A DNA stretch of 64,000 nt from NCBI GenBank assembly GCA_949288485.1, contig CASEKC010000001.1, positions 283,806 through 347,805 on the forward strand. The letters are read 5' to 3'. The position numbers and the translations under genes were made by a program. The number at the start of each line of letters is the position of its first letter. Position 1 is the stretch's first letter. Shown here in pieces: positions 40,396-51,208 of this stretch. The notes under the pieces were generated by a model. It had not been told where the DNA came from. It ran no database searches and saw nothing but the letters and a program-made list of their open reading frames with translations. The stretch comes from an uncultured bacterium (GTDB taxonomy: Bacteria; Bacillota_I; Bacilli_A; RFN20; CAG-826).

Positions 40396-43300
40396 TTAAA
40401 AATCACTAAATAAAGATAATTCTTCACTTTCTCTTAAATGCGATAAACTACCCATAGTTTTTAAAACATCTATTACTTTTGAAGGTAATTTTGCTCTTTT
40501 AGTAAAATCTTCAACACTATCGAATTCTCTTTCTTCACGAGCTTTAATAACACTTTCTCCACCGTTTTCACCAATTCCATCTAAGACTTTAAATGGTGGA
40601 ATAAGAGATTTGGTTTCTTTATCGATAATAAAATCATTACTCATTGATCTATTAATATCAATTTTTTGGAATTTAAAGCCTCTTTCAGCAAATTCTAAAG
40701 CGACAATTAAAGTATCTAAAATACCTTCTTCTTTATTAGATAATTTTTGAGTTGGATCTTTTGAAACTTTACGTTTTTCAAATTCTTCAATTTTTTCATG
40801 AATTGCATCGATTCCTTTAATCATCACATCAATATCATATTGATCACATCTTAAAGTAAAGAATGTTGCATAAAATTCAAGTGGATAATAAATTTTAAAA
40901 TAACCAACACGAAGAGCCATCATAACATAAGCACAAGCGTGTCCTTTTGGGAAAAGATATTTAATTTTCTTACATGAATCAATGTAATAAGAAGGAACGT
41001 TATGATTTTCCATATCTAAAATTTGTTCATCAGATAATTTTTTACCTTTTCTAACTGTTTCCATAATAGTGAAGGCTTTTGAATTATCTAATCCCATAGA
41101 AATAAGATATGACATAATATCATCTCTACATCCAATAACCCCATTAATATCGGTAATTCCATTAGCAATTAAACTTTGAGCATTATTCGACCAAACATCT
41201 GTACCATGTGAAAGACCTGAAACAATTAATAATTGCTTAAATGATGTTGGTTTTGCTTCACGTAAAAGTTGTTTAACAAAGTTAGTTCCAAATTCAGGAA
41301 TTCCAGTTGTTCCAACATCATTTTTTATATATTTATGTTGAAGTTTTAAAACATCATTACTTGTAAATAAGGAGATAATATTTTTATCATCCATTGGTAT
41401 ATCTTTAATATCAACACGTGCTAAATTTGACATCATTCTTAAAGCTTGAGGATCAACGTGTCCAAGCATATCAAGTTTTAAAATAGTATCGTGAATAGCA
41501 TGGAAATCGAAGTGAGTCGTTTTCCATTCAACGGTAGTATCATTAGCTGGATATTGAACAGGGGTAAAATCATAAATTTCCATATCACGTGGAACAACGA
41601 CAATACCTCCTGGATGTTGACCGGTTGTTCTTTTAATTCCAACACATCCATAAGCTAAAGCTGCAACATATGAACCTTTAATTTTATCAGGATTTAATCC
41701 TTCATTTTCAAAAAACTTTCTTACATATCCATAAGCAGTTTTAAATTGAACTGAAGAAATAGTTCCTGCTCGATAAACCTTATCTTCACCAAGTAAAACT
41801 TTAGTAAAGGTGTGAGCTGTTGATTGGAAATCAGCAGGGAAATTTAAATCGATATCAGGGACTTTTTCAGCTTTAAATCCTAAGAATGTTTCAAAAGGAA
41901 TATTTTGTCCATCTTTAATCATTTTTGTTCCGCATTCTGGACATTCTTTATCTGGAAGGTCGTAGCCAGAAGTAATTCCATCACTCATATCATGGAATTC
42001 AACATGTTTACAATGTGGGCATCTATAATGAGGAGGAAGTGGATTAACTTCAGTAATTCCTCCACAATATGCAGCAAAAGATGAACCAACAGATCCTCTT
42101 GAACCAACGATATATCCTCTTTCATTTGTCATCCTAACAAGTTCATGAGCAATATAATAAGTAACCGAATATCCATTACCAATAATTCCATCAAGTTCTT
42201 GTTTTAAACGATTTTCAATATATGCAGGAAGCCTTTCACCATATTCTTCGTGAGCTTTTTTATAACAAAGTTCTGTCAATAAATTCTCACAGTTATCGAT
42301 TTTTGGAGTATATAATTTATCTTCGATTGGAATAATCACTTCACACATGTCTGCAATTTTATTTGTGTTAGTAATAACATATTCTTTAATTTTTTCTTCA
42401 TCTTCTAGCCAAGCAAAAGCATCTAACATTTCTTTTGTAGACATAAAATGTTGATCAGGATTTTCGAATTTTGGATAATTTTTTCTAGAATATGGATTTA
42501 AAGGATGGTTAACATCACCAACTCCCTTGGCAGTGATCATTACGTCGCGATAAATTTTGTCACTAGGATTAACATAATGACAATCTCCAGTAGCAACAAT
42601 CATCTTATTTTGTTTATTCGCTTCATCAATTATACTTCTTAAATACATTTTTAAGATGTCTTCATTTTGAATTTGATGAGTATTAATTAAAAAAGAATAA
42701 TTATTTAAAGGTTGTAATTCTATGTAATCATAATAAGAAATTGCTTTCGAAAGAGTTTTTTCATCTCTATAAGCTGCATCATAAAATACATCGCCATTAA
42801 AACAAGCCGAGCCAATAAGTAAATTCGAACGATATTTATTTAATAATGAACGTGGTACAAGCGGTATATTTCCAACATAATTACATTCAGAAATTGAAAT
42901 AATTTTATATAAATCTTTCAATCCTTCTCTATTTTTAGCTAAAACAGTCGCATGAGTTGCGCTTCTTGTATTTTTATAAAGTTCTTTAGGATAATTTAAA
43001 GCGGTTAAATCTAAAAGAGTTGGTTCTTTAATCTTTTGATCAATCATGACTTTTAAAGCAGCCCAACAAGAAGATAAAACTTGAGCATCGTAATCAGCTC
43101 TATGTGCGCTTTCATCATCATAATTAACATCTAATCTATTACATAAAGCTTTTAAACTATGACCTCTATTAAGTGGGAAAATATAACGTGATAAAGCAAG
43201 AGTATCGATAACAGGATGAATAAACTCAACTCCATAAGTTTCTTTAAAAGCACGATTAAGATGCTCATAATCGAAATTTGCGTTATGAGAAATCAAAATT

Positions 43301-44961
43301 GAATCACCAATAAATTTTAAAATTTGAGGAAATACCTCTTTAATTGTTGGAGCATTTTTAACCATTTCGTTAGTAATATTGGTTTTTTTAACAACTTCTT
43401 CAGGTATTTCTTTTAATGGATTAATTAAAATATCGAGACGATCAACGACCATTCCGCCTTCAATTTTTACCGCACCAAATTCTGTGATATTATCATAACG
43501 TGTTGATAAACCAGTTGTTTCAAGGTCGAATGCAATAAAATTACAATCTTTTAATTTAACGTTTTTAGGATTTAAACAGGCATTTAAATAATCAGGAATT
43601 AAATAAAGTTCACTTCCATAAAGCATCTTTAAATTATATTTTTTAGCTGCTTTTTGAGCATCTGGAAAACCTTGAACAACTCCATGATCTGTAATAGCAA
43701 TAGCTTTCATTCCCATATGAGAAGCAAGTTTACAATATTCACTAATATCACCAACTCCATCCATTTCACTCATTTTAGTATGTAAATGGAGTTCAACTCT
43801 TTTATTTTCTTCATTATCATCTCTTAAAGGATCATCTGGAAGCATATAAAAATAGTGTCCGGTTATTGTAAATTCTTTAGCGTTCTTAAAAAAAGTAACT
43901 TTTCCTTTAATTTCAATATTTTTCCCAATAATATCGTTAAAATTCGTTTCATTTAACTCTTTTTCTGTAGGATAAAGCGTTACATAAACAGCGCTTTTTA
44001 AATTAGTAACCCCAATTTTTACTGCTTTTTTATTGTTACGAATATCTCTAATTTCGCTTTCAAAAACTTTACCTATAAAATCAACTGAACCGCTATTTTC
44101 ATCAATATCTTCAAGATTCATTTTTAAATAGTCATTACTTTTTTTGAATACTTCTCTTTTATATTCTTGTTCTTGTTTAATTTCTTCGCTTTCTTTTTCA
44201 GCTTTTTTAATATTCTCAATAGTTTTTTTATTTAATTCCAAAAATTCTTCCTCCCTTCTCTTTTTAAGTTCTTCAACATCTAAAGATTTGTCTTTAATAT
44301 TAGCACTAGAGAAAGAAGAATTTTCTAAATTTTCATTTTCTTCATATATAACATCAACAACATTGTCACTATTATCGATAAATTTGTCATCATTTTTTTC
44401 AATATTAAAATCACTTTGATTATTAAAATAATCATCTTTTAAGATATTATCTTTTTTATCATCATTTTCATTTTTAATATGGTTTTTATTTTTTAACTCA
44501 TATATTTCTTTTTCATCATACAAGCCAATTTCAATAGGAAGGTTATAACAAGCAAAAGAAAAAAGATTTTCTAATTCTTTTTTAATTAATTCAAAGCTTT
44601 CTAAATCGATATGGCTATTAAAAAATATTTTTAATTTGGAATTTAAATGAATATAAGTATCATAATCATCGAATGTTTTCGAATAAATAAAATCACTTAA
44701 AAATTCACTTATATATGATAAAGAAATCTTTTCTTTATATGTAAAAATAAATTCATAATCATATGAATTTATTTTTTCAACGTGATTAATAAAATCAAGT
44801 AAAGAATCAAATTTCCATAAAGAATCTTTTAAAATATAATAACGATATTTATTTTTAATGCTATTCCCTTTATCTTTATAAATAGATATAAAATCCATAT
44901 CGTATTTAGATGTATCAGAAATTCCAATACTATTTAAAAAACGAATCATTTTTTCTTTCAT
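40396..44961 (-). CDS. polC: DNA polymerase III alpha, PolC type
   Basis: RVELHLHTKMSEMDG PHP, FDLETTG exonuclease, GSRGSVGSS, KVPDIDLNF, RTTGQHPGG, KYLFPKGHA. Confidence 0.98.
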   Translation of the reverse strand: MKEKMIRFLNSIGISDTSKYDMDFISIYKDKGNSIKNKYRYYILKDSLWKFDSLLDFINHVEKINSYDYEFIFTYKEKISLSYISEFLSDFIYSKTFDDYDTYIHLNSKLKIFFNSHIDLESFELIKKELENLFSFACYNLPIEIGLYDEKEIYELKNKNHIKNENDDKKDNILKDDYFNNQSDFNIEKNDDKFIDNSDNVVDVIYEENENLENSSFSSANIKDKSLDVEELKKRREEEFLELNKKTIENIKKAEKESEEIKQEQEYKREVFKKSNDYLKMNLEDIDENSGSVDFIGKVFESEIRDIRNNKKAVKIGVTNLKSAVYVTLYPTEKELNETNFNDIIGKNIEIKGKVTFFKNAKEFTITGHYFYMLPDDPLRDDNEENKRVELHLHTKMSEMDGVGDISEYCKLASHMGMKAIAITDHGVVQGFPDAQKAAKKYNLKMLYGSELYLIPDYLNACLNPKNVKLKDCNFIAFDLETTGLSTRYDNITEFGAVKIEGGMVVDRLDILINPLKEIPEEVVKKTNITNEMVKNAPTIKEVFPQILKFIGDSILISHNANFDYEHLNRAFKETYGVEFIHPVIDTLALSRYIFPLNRGHSLKALCNRLDVNYDDESAHRADYDAQVLSSCWAALKVMIDQKIKEPTLLDLTALNYPKELYKNTRSATHATVLAKNREGLKDLYKIISISECNYVGNIPLVPRSLLNKYRSNLLIGSACFNGDVFYDAAYRDEKTLSKAISYYDYIELQPLNNYSFLINTHQIQNEDILKMYLRSIIDEANKQNKMIVATGDCHYVNPSDKIYRDVMITAKGVGDVNHPLNPYSRKNYPKFENPDQHFMSTKEMLDAFAWLEDEEKIKEYVITNTNKIADMCEVIIPIEDKLYTPKIDNCENLLTELCYKKAHEEYGERLPAYIENRLKQELDGIIGNGYSVTYYIAHELVRMTNERGYIVGSRGSVGSSFAAYCGGITEVNPLPPHYRCPHCKHVEFHDMSDGITSGYDLPDKECPECGTKMIKDGQNIPFETFLGFKAEKVPDIDLNFPADFQSTAHTFTKVLLGEDKVYRAGTISSVQFKTAYGYVRKFFENEGLNPDKIKGSYVAALAYGCVGIKRTTGQHPGGIVVVPRDMEIYDFTPVQYPANDTTVEWKTTHFDFHAIHDTILKLDMLGHVDPQALRMMSNLARVDIKDIPMDDKNIISLFTSNDVLKLQHKYIKNDVGTTGIPEFGTNFVKQLLREAKPTSFKQLLIVSGLSHGTDVWSNNAQSLIANGITDINGVIGCRDDIMSYLISMGLDNSKAFTIMETVRKGKKLSDEQILDMENHNVPSYYIDSCKKIKYLFPKGHACAYVMMALRVGYFKIYYPLEFYATFFTLRCDQYDIDVMIKGIDAIHEKIEEFEKRKVSKDPTQKLSNKEEGILDTLIVALEFAERGFKFQKIDINRSMSNDFIIDKETKSLIPPFKVLDGIGENGGESVIKAREEREFDSVEDFTKRAKLPSKVIDVLKTMGSLSHLRESEELSLFSDF

Positions 44962-45030
44962 GCTTTTATTTCTTCTTCTTTAAAATTATAGAATATAAAA
45001 CTAAAAATATATAATTAATTATTTATTAAA

Positions 45031-46716
45031 TTAAAATAATCCAATAACGTCTTTGATGATAATAACAAAGAAAAGCGCAAAGAGTAAAACTAAGCCAACT
45101 GTTGACATAATATTTTTAATCTTTTGAGGAATATGCCATTCATCATCATAAGCAATCTTTTCTTTTTCGAGAGTTTCATTATTTCCAACTACTAAAGTAG
45201 TATTTTTATTAATTGAAACTTGATCATCTTGAATTTCACTAACAATATTATGTTCTTTAGTTAAATCAACTGTTTCTGCTAGTGTTTCTTCATTATTATT
45301 TAAAGAAACACTTTGATTATTACTATTTTCATCGTTTATAACTTTATTATCAGCAATAACTTTATTTTCTTTATTATTTTTATTTTTAATCTTTTTATGA
45401 AGTTTATAAAATCCGTTTACAATTCCTTCGATAATTTCGACTAAAATTTGCCAACCATCTAATCCAGGGAAAGGTAAAAGATTAAATAAAGCAAGATTAA
45501 CGGAAATAATACCCCATGAATTTAAATATACATAAAATGGTGAGTTAGTTAAAATTGTTGTTGTTTGAGTAAAAATAGCAATTGGCCCGCCAACATTATT
45601 CCAAGCTTCACTTTTTGAAAAAAGATCAATAAGAGCGTTTGAAACTAATGTAGTTGATTCGACCCAGTTTTCTCCAGCAACTCTAAAAGAATCCCAACCT
45701 AAATATGAATAATTAACAACTGGACCAAAACCAATTCTTTCAAAAACATTAGTTGCATCTTTTTTAAATGTAACATTAACTTTATTTTGAATTGGTTCAT
45801 TATTTTCACTATTTCCACTTCTAAAAGTTATTAAAGCTTTAATTTCATCATTTGAATTTAAACTAACTTCTTTTAAAGTTAAATCATCATTTAAAAGTGG
45901 AATATTGAAAGTTTCACCTTCATTAAAAGGAACAATTTCATTATTTACAACATGATAAATATTTTGATAATTAGTTGGAAGTTCTTCTCCAACAGTATAA
46001 GTATAACCTTCGAAAATACGAATATATTGGGCTAAATCTGTATCATTATAATTAAAATTAGCTACATCAAAAGCCAATACATAATTGCTTTTTCCATTAT
46101 ATTCAACAGAAGCTGAATTAATTATGTAATATTGAGGAGAAACTGTTTTAACAGTGTTACTTGAATCAAGAACTTCGATAGTTAAAACATCTACATTCAT
46201 TGCAGGATTTGTTTCGAAAAAAGTTAATAATTCATTATTTAATTCATTATTATTCTCATCTTTAACATGTGTTTTAAAAGAAGTTTCATCGTTTATTCCA
46301 ACTACATTAATATAGAAATTATCGATATTTGGAAAACAAACCGCTGAAATAAAAAAGATAATATATGCAAGAACAAAATTCATTACGATACCAGCGGCCA
46401 TAACGACAATTCTTTTCCATCTTTTTATACCTTCTAAAGAACGAGAACGAGGAATATTAATTCCATCAGGAGCTTCTCCTTCCTCTCCATACATCGAAAC
46501 ATATCCACCTAAAGGCAATAAACCAATAGAGAAGGTTGTTTCACCGTTTTTTCTTTTATGTTTAAAAATCTTTGGCCCGAAACCAATTGAATAATCACTA
46601 CAATAAACATTAAAACTTTTTGCAGCAATTAAATGACCAAGTTCATGTATTGAAACTAAGACTCCTAAAGCAATAAAAAAGAGTATTAAAGACAAAATTG
46701 TTGTTAAAATTTCCAT
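45031..46716 (-). CDS. rseP: Site-2 intramembrane zinc protease RseP/RasP
   Basis: HELGH, PLGGYV, AAGIVMN, GGPIAI, NLLPFPGLDG. Confidence 0.92.
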   Translation of the reverse strand: MEILTTILSLILFFIALGVLVSIHELGHLIAAKSFNVYCSDYSIGFGPKIFKHKRKNGETTFSIGLLPLGGYVSMYGEEGEAPDGINIPRSRSLEGIKRWKRIVVMAAGIVMNFVLAYIIFFISAVCFPNIDNFYINVVGINDETSFKTHVKDENNNELNNELLTFFETNPAMNVDVLTIEVLDSSNTVKTVSPQYYIINSASVEYNGKSNYVLAFDVANFNYNDTDLAQYIRIFEGYTYTVGEELPTNYQNIYHVVNNEIVPFNEGETFNIPLLNDDLTLKEVSLNSNDEIKALITFRSGNSENNEPIQNKVNVTFKKDATNVFERIGFGPVVNYSYLGWDSFRVAGENWVESTTLVSNALIDLFSKSEAWNNVGGPIAIFTQTTTILTNSPFYVYLNSWGIISVNLALFNLLPFPGLDGWQILVEIIEGIVNGFYKLHKKIKNKNNKENKVIADNKVINDENSNNQSVSLNNNEETLAETVDLTKEHNIVSEIQDDQVSINKNTTLVVGNNETLEKEKIAYDDEWHIPQKIKNIMSTVGLVLLFALFFVIIIKDVIGLF

Positions 46717-46722
46717 ATAATA

Positions 46723-47880
46723 TTAATATTCCTTATTTTTAATCAAATTTGATGTAGCAATTCTTATTTTTTTATTTAATTTAACAATATTTTGAATAGT
46801 TAATTCTTCCTTAAAATCGTACATCTTTAATATTTTATCAATTATTTTAGTTATATCAACATAATCGATAATTCCATATAAAAAAGCTTCAACTGCAATT
46901 TCATTTGCGGCATTAATAATTAAACCAGAAATTCCTTTATTTTTAATTACAAAGTAACCATATTTAAGAGCAGGAAACTTATTTAAATCAACATCATAAA
47001 ATTTATATTTATCTAAAGTGTTAATTTCAGTATCACTGAATTCTTTATTTTTTGTTTTAAAAAAAGATAAACAATCAGCTATTTGAATATGCATATCAGC
47101 TTTTCCAACCGAAAGTTTATATGTCCCATCTTTAAGTTCAATAAAAGAATGAACATAACTATTCCTATCTACTTTAACTTTAATTTTACTAGCTTTAACA
47201 TTAAATAAATAATGTGCTTCAATAATTTCAAAAGCTTTATTCATTAATGTTGAAGAATCAATTGTTATCTTTTTGCCCATTTTATAGGTTGGATGTTTTA
47301 AAGCATCTTCAACTTTAATATCTTTAAATTTCTTTTTATTTAAAAAGAAAAAAGGACCGCCTGAACAAGTTAAATATATCGTTTTTAAATCTTTTTTATT
47401 AACATTTTTTAAACATTTAGTAATTGCGGCATGTTCACTATCGATTGGGTAAATCATTTTCCTTCTTCCAACGATTTTTTTAATTAATTCTCCAGCAACA
47501 ACTAAACTTTCTTTATTAGCTAAAAAGACTTTTTTATTATTGTTTAAAGCAGAAATTGTTGTCATTACACCACTAAAACCAACTAAAGCATTTAAAATTA
47601 CATTATTTTCAACGATTTTTGTTAAAGAAATTAATCCACTATCACCGTGGAAAAATTTATATTGTTTAAATTGTGATTTTAAAATATTATAGTCAGTTTC
47701 GTTTTTTACACAGATATATTTAAGTTTTTCAAAACGCGGAATAATTCTAGTTTTTAAAAATTCAATATTTTCACCAACGCTTACACCTAAAAGACAATAT
47801 CTTTTCTTTAAAGAATATAAAAGGTCTAAACTTTGGCTCCCAATACTTCCAGAAGCACCTAAAACAATAATATTTTTCAT
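46723..47880 (-). CDS. dxr: 1-deoxy-D-xylulose 5-phosphate reductoisomerase
   Basis: LGASGSIG, LANKESLV, PIDSEH, SGGPF, HPTYKMGKKITIDS, NAANEIAV. Confidence 0.95.
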   Translation of the reverse strand: MKNIIVLGASGSIGSQSLDLLYSLKKRYCLLGVSVGENIEFLKTRIIPRFEKLKYICVKNETDYNILKSQFKQYKFFHGDSGLISLTKIVENNVILNALVGFSGVMTTISALNNNKKVFLANKESLVVAGELIKKIVGRRKMIYPIDSEHAAITKCLKNVNKKDLKTIYLTCSGGPFFFLNKKKFKDIKVEDALKHPTYKMGKKITIDSSTLMNKAFEIIEAHYLFNVKASKIKVKVDRNSYVHSFIELKDGTYKLSVGKADMHIQIADCLSFFKTKNKEFSDTEINTLDKYKFYDVDLNKFPALKYGYFVIKNKGISGLIINAANEIAVEAFLYGIIDYVDITKIIDKILKMYDFKEELTIQNIVKLNKKIRIATSNLIKNKEY

Positions 47881-47883
47881 TTT

Positions 47884-48936
47884 TTATGAAATAACACCGA
47901 CTCCCATAACCATGATTAATAAAGATGTGGTAATTGAAGTAACAATAATCGAATCAAAACGATCTAGAATGCCACCATGTGATTTCAATATCGTGCCAAA
48001 ATCTTTAATCTTGAAAGTCCTTTTAATTGAAGAGAATAATAAATCGCCTAAAGTTGCAGAAAGAGGCATAATGATGGAAATAATTAAGATATTATACCAA
48101 TGTTCTAAATCTAAAACTCCTTCTAAAAGTGGGTGTCCAAAACAAGACAAAAGCATTCCAAATCCAAATGAAATAATAAAAGAAATTATTACTCCGCCTA
48201 CAAAACCTTCAATTGTTTTTTTAGGAGAAATTTTAGGGCAAAATTTATGTTTTCCAAATAAAACTCCAATAAAGAATGCGCCAACATCATTAAAGCATGT
48301 TCCGAGTAAAAAATATAAAATTAATAATGATGAAGTGAAATATTTAAACATAGGATCAACTTCAACTGTGTTTGATACATTTAAAAATGGTAAAAATCTT
48401 AAATAAATCAAACATTGAAGTCCTAAAGAAACTACAAAAAGCATTGTAATTAAATAAAACGCATCGTGTATTGTAAAAGTATCATCAATAAAAACATTTA
48501 TAAAAAAGAAGGCTATTGAAATGCAAAAACATGTCAATGATATTTGTGGAGCTTTAAACCCTTTTAAAATATCATAAGAAAAACTTCCTTCTGCTCCGGA
48601 TTCGATAAAATTATGATACTCAATAATCAAATCTTTTAAAAATATATAGAAAACTAAGGCAAACATCATAAAATAGGCAAATAAATATATGATGCTTTTA
48701 AATTTTCTTTCGATAGATTGAGGAGCTTTGCATAGCTCATGAGTCATAATTAAAATAAGGAAGAAAATTAAAGCAAGCCAAAAATAACCCCCTAAAATAA
48801 TGCAAGGTATAAAAATTGCAACTAAAATAATTGCAATAACTATTCTAGAAACAATGTTTGTTTTAGCTTCTTTATTAAGCTGATTTATATGATGTTCTCG
48901 AGTTTCTAATTGAGAATCTTTATTATTGTCTTCCAT
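47884..48936 (-). CDS. cdsA: Phosphatidate cytidylyltransferase
   Basis: KISPKKTIEG, GDLLFSSIKR...IKDFG.ILKSHGGILDRFDS. Confidence 0.95.
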   Translation of the reverse strand: MEDNNKDSQLETREHHINQLNKEAKTNIVSRIVIAIILVAIFIPCIILGGYFWLALIFFLILIMTHELCKAPQSIERKFKSIIYLFAYFMMFALVFYIFLKDLIIEYHNFIESGAEGSFSYDILKGFKAPQISLTCFCISIAFFFINVFIDDTFTIHDAFYLITMLFVVSLGLQCLIYLRFLPFLNVSNTVEVDPMFKYFTSSLLILYFLLGTCFNDVGAFFIGVLFGKHKFCPKISPKKTIEGFVGGVIISFIISFGFGMLLSCFGHPLLEGVLDLEHWYNILIISIIMPLSATLGDLLFSSIKRTFKIKDFGTILKSHGGILDRFDSIIVTSITTSLLIMVMGVGVIS

Positions 48937-48944
48937 TTTTAAAA

Positions 48945-49490
48945 CTAAACTTTCATTATTTCTTCAGTTTTTTCTTTTAATAAGTTATCAATTTTAGCAA
49001 TAAATTCATCAGTTAATTTTTGAATTTCGCTTTCTTCTTTTTTTCTTGTATCTTCAGTGTAGGAGTCGTCTTTTTTAATTTTGTCCATTAAATCTCTACG
49101 AACATTTCTAATAGCAACTTTAGCTTCTTCGCCATAACTTTTTGCTTTTTTTGTTAATTCTTTTCTTCTATCTTCAGTTAAAGCAGGCATATTTAATCTG
49201 ATTTGTTTTCCATCAACAACTGGATTAATTCCAATATCTGAAGCATTAATTGCAGCGACAATGCTTTTAATATCTCCACTATCAAAAGGAATAATTAAAA
49301 GTTGTCTTGGTTCTGGAACTTTAATTGCTGCGATTTGTGTAACTGGCATTCTATCACCATAATAATCGCAAGTTAAATTTTCAAGTAAAGCAGCATTAGC
49401 TCTACCAGTTCTTAATGTGTTTAAACTTTCATGATAATTTTCAACACATTTTTCCATTTTTTTACTACATTCATTTAAAATATCATCCAT
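48945..49490 (-). CDS. frr: Ribosome recycling factor
   Basis: LRTGRAN, PALTEDRRKEL, AIRNVRR. Confidence 0.97.
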   Translation of the reverse strand: MDDILNECSKKMEKCVENYHESLNTLRTGRANAALLENLTCDYYGDRMPVTQIAAIKVPEPRQLLIIPFDSGDIKSIVAAINASDIGINPVVDGKQIRLNMPALTEDRRKELTKKAKSYGEEAKVAIRNVRRDLMDKIKKDDSYTEDTRKKEESEIQKLTDEFIAKIDNLLKEKTEEIMKV

Positions 49491-49494
49491 ATGT

Positions 49495-50226
49495 CTACTC
49501 CTTCTTAATTGTAGTTCCTATATTTTCATCTCCATTAATGACTTTCATAAAATTTGAGAAATCATCCATTGAGAATACTCTTGTAATTACATCGCTATCT
49601 TTGAGTAACTCTAAAGCTTGTTTATCCATAACTTTTAAATCATTTTCGATAGCTTCTTTATAAGTTAATGATTTAATAAATTTTGCATCAGCATATTTGT
49701 TTGGATCTTTAGTGTAAACTCCATCTACACCATTTTTAGCGGCTAAGATTAATTTAGCATCCATTTCTATTGCTCTTAAAGCTGCGCATGAATCAGTTGT
49801 ATGTTTAACTTTCCCTACTCCACCAGCAAAAAGTATTACATATCCTTCATCCATTTCTTTTTTAGCAATATCTTTATTATATTTAGGTGCAACATCTTCA
49901 ACCATTAAAGCACTATAAAGTTTATTTTTAATATTGTTAACAGTTAATAAAGCTGAAATAGCTTTTAAATTAATAACTGTACCAACCATTCCCATATAAT
50001 CGCCATCATCATAAGGGATACCATTTTCTTCGGCTATTCTTCCTCTAAAAATATTTCCAGCACCACATACAATTCCGACATTTATATTGTTTTTGATTAG
50101 TTCATTAACTAAATCAACAATCTTTTTTAATTTTTCTTTAGAAAAAATTAAATGAGAAGAAGTATCACTTAATGCCTCTCCAGATAATTTTAAAATTACT
50201 TTTGTTTTAACTTCTTCTTTTTTCAT
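49495..50226 (-). CDS. pyrH: UMP kinase
   Basis: LKLSGEAL, GAGNIFRG, DYMGM, TTDS.AALRA, DGVY..DP; start set at ATG 50226. Confidence 0.95.
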   Translation of the reverse strand: MKKEEVKTKVILKLSGEALSDTSSHLIFSKEKLKKIVDLVNELIKNNINVGIVCGAGNIFRGRIAEENGIPYDDGDYMGMVGTVINLKAISALLTVNNIKNKLYSALMVEDVAPKYNKDIAKKEMDEGYVILFAGGVGKVKHTTDSCAALRAIEMDAKLILAAKNGVDGVYTKDPNKYADAKFIKSLTYKEAIENDLKVMDKQALELLKDSDVITRVFSMDDFSNFMKVINGDENIGTTIKKE

Positions 50227-50284
50227 CTTAATAATTATAATCGAAAATAGAGTAATATTTAAGTTTAATTTAACTTTCTCATTG

Positions 50285-50311
50285 AAAAAAGACCCCAAAA
50301 TTGAGGTCTTT
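50285..50311 (-). terminator. Terminator after tsf
   Basis: AAAGACCTCAA-TT-TTGGGGTCTTT plus T-run on minus strand. Confidence 0.8.
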
Positions 50312-50333
50312 AATGTTATTTTTTTCTTAAAAA

Positions 50334-51203
50334 CTATTTAGCTTGAGCCATAACTTCTTCAGCAAAGTTATCAACTCTTTTTTCTAAACCTTCACCAACT
50401 TGGAAACGGATGAATTTAACGACTTTAGCACCTTTTTCTTTTAAAGCTTGGCCAACAGTCTTTGTAGGATCCATCATATATTCTTGGTCTTCTAAAGTAA
50501 CTTCAGCGAAAACTTTATGAACTTTGCCAGCAATAATATTTTTTAATGCTGCTTCTGGTTTATTTTTTAATTTTTCATCGTTTTTAACAGCTTCAAGTTG
50601 AATTTCAGTTTCTTTAGCTTTTGCTGCTTCATCAATTTGATCTTCGCTAATATATTTTGGATTATTAGCGCAAACATGGATTGCAATACCTTTAGCAAGT
50701 TCTGGATCATCTTTATCTAAAACAGTGATAACAGCAATTTTACCACCCATATGAATGTATGTTCCAACACCTTGTCCTGCTTCAGGAGTTACAACTTCAA
50801 ATCTTCTTAATGATAATTTTTCACCGATTTTAACAGTAGCGTCTGTAAAAAGTGTGTTACAAGCTTCATTAGCTTCTTCTAATGATTTGCATCCTTCTTT
50901 TAAAATTTTATCATTAACAGCTAAGACTAAATCTTTGAATGCATCGGAATGAGCAACGAAATCAGTTTCACTATTAACTTCAGTGACAACAACTTTTCCA
51001 CATTCATTGCATTTTGTAATTAATGCTAAACCTTCAGCAGCAATTCTATCTGCTTTTTTAGCTTGTTTAGCAATACCTTTTTCTCTTAACCAATCGCAAG
51101 CTTTATCGACATCATCGTTACATGCAACAAGTGCATTTTTACAATCCATCATTCCTGCGCCGGTTCTTTCTCTTAAAACTTTAATTAATGCAACATTTGC
51201 CAT
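50334..51203 (-). CDS. tsf: Elongation factor Ts
   Basis: LRERTGAGMMDCK, EVNSETDFVA, GEGLEK. Confidence 0.98.
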   Translation of the reverse strand: MANVALIKVLRERTGAGMMDCKNALVACNDDVDKACDWLREKGIAKQAKKADRIAAEGLALITKCNECGKVVVTEVNSETDFVAHSDAFKDLVLAVNDKILKEGCKSLEEANEACNTLFTDATVKIGEKLSLRRFEVVTPEAGQGVGTYIHMGGKIAVITVLDKDDPELAKGIAIHVCANNPKYISEDQIDEAAKAKETEIQLEAVKNDEKLKNKPEAALKNIIAGKVHKVFAEVTLEDQEYMMDPTKTVGQALKEKGAKVVKFIRFQVGEGLEKRVDNFAEEVMAQAK

Positions 51204-51208
51204 TAAAA

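Noticed and set aside
44140-44500. Possible intein or insertion in PolC
   Set aside because: It is an N/D/E/K low-complexity linker before the OB domain, with no intein Cys/His-Asn termini or LAGLIDADG motifs.
47912-48406. 164-aa antisense ORF in cdsA, and similar short antisense or shadow ORFs (e.g. 1677-1919, 24001-24249, 44144-44419, 61871-62173, 63427-63882)
   Set aside because: All lie within well-supported genes, lack RBSs and show the composition expected from reverse-frame codon bias.
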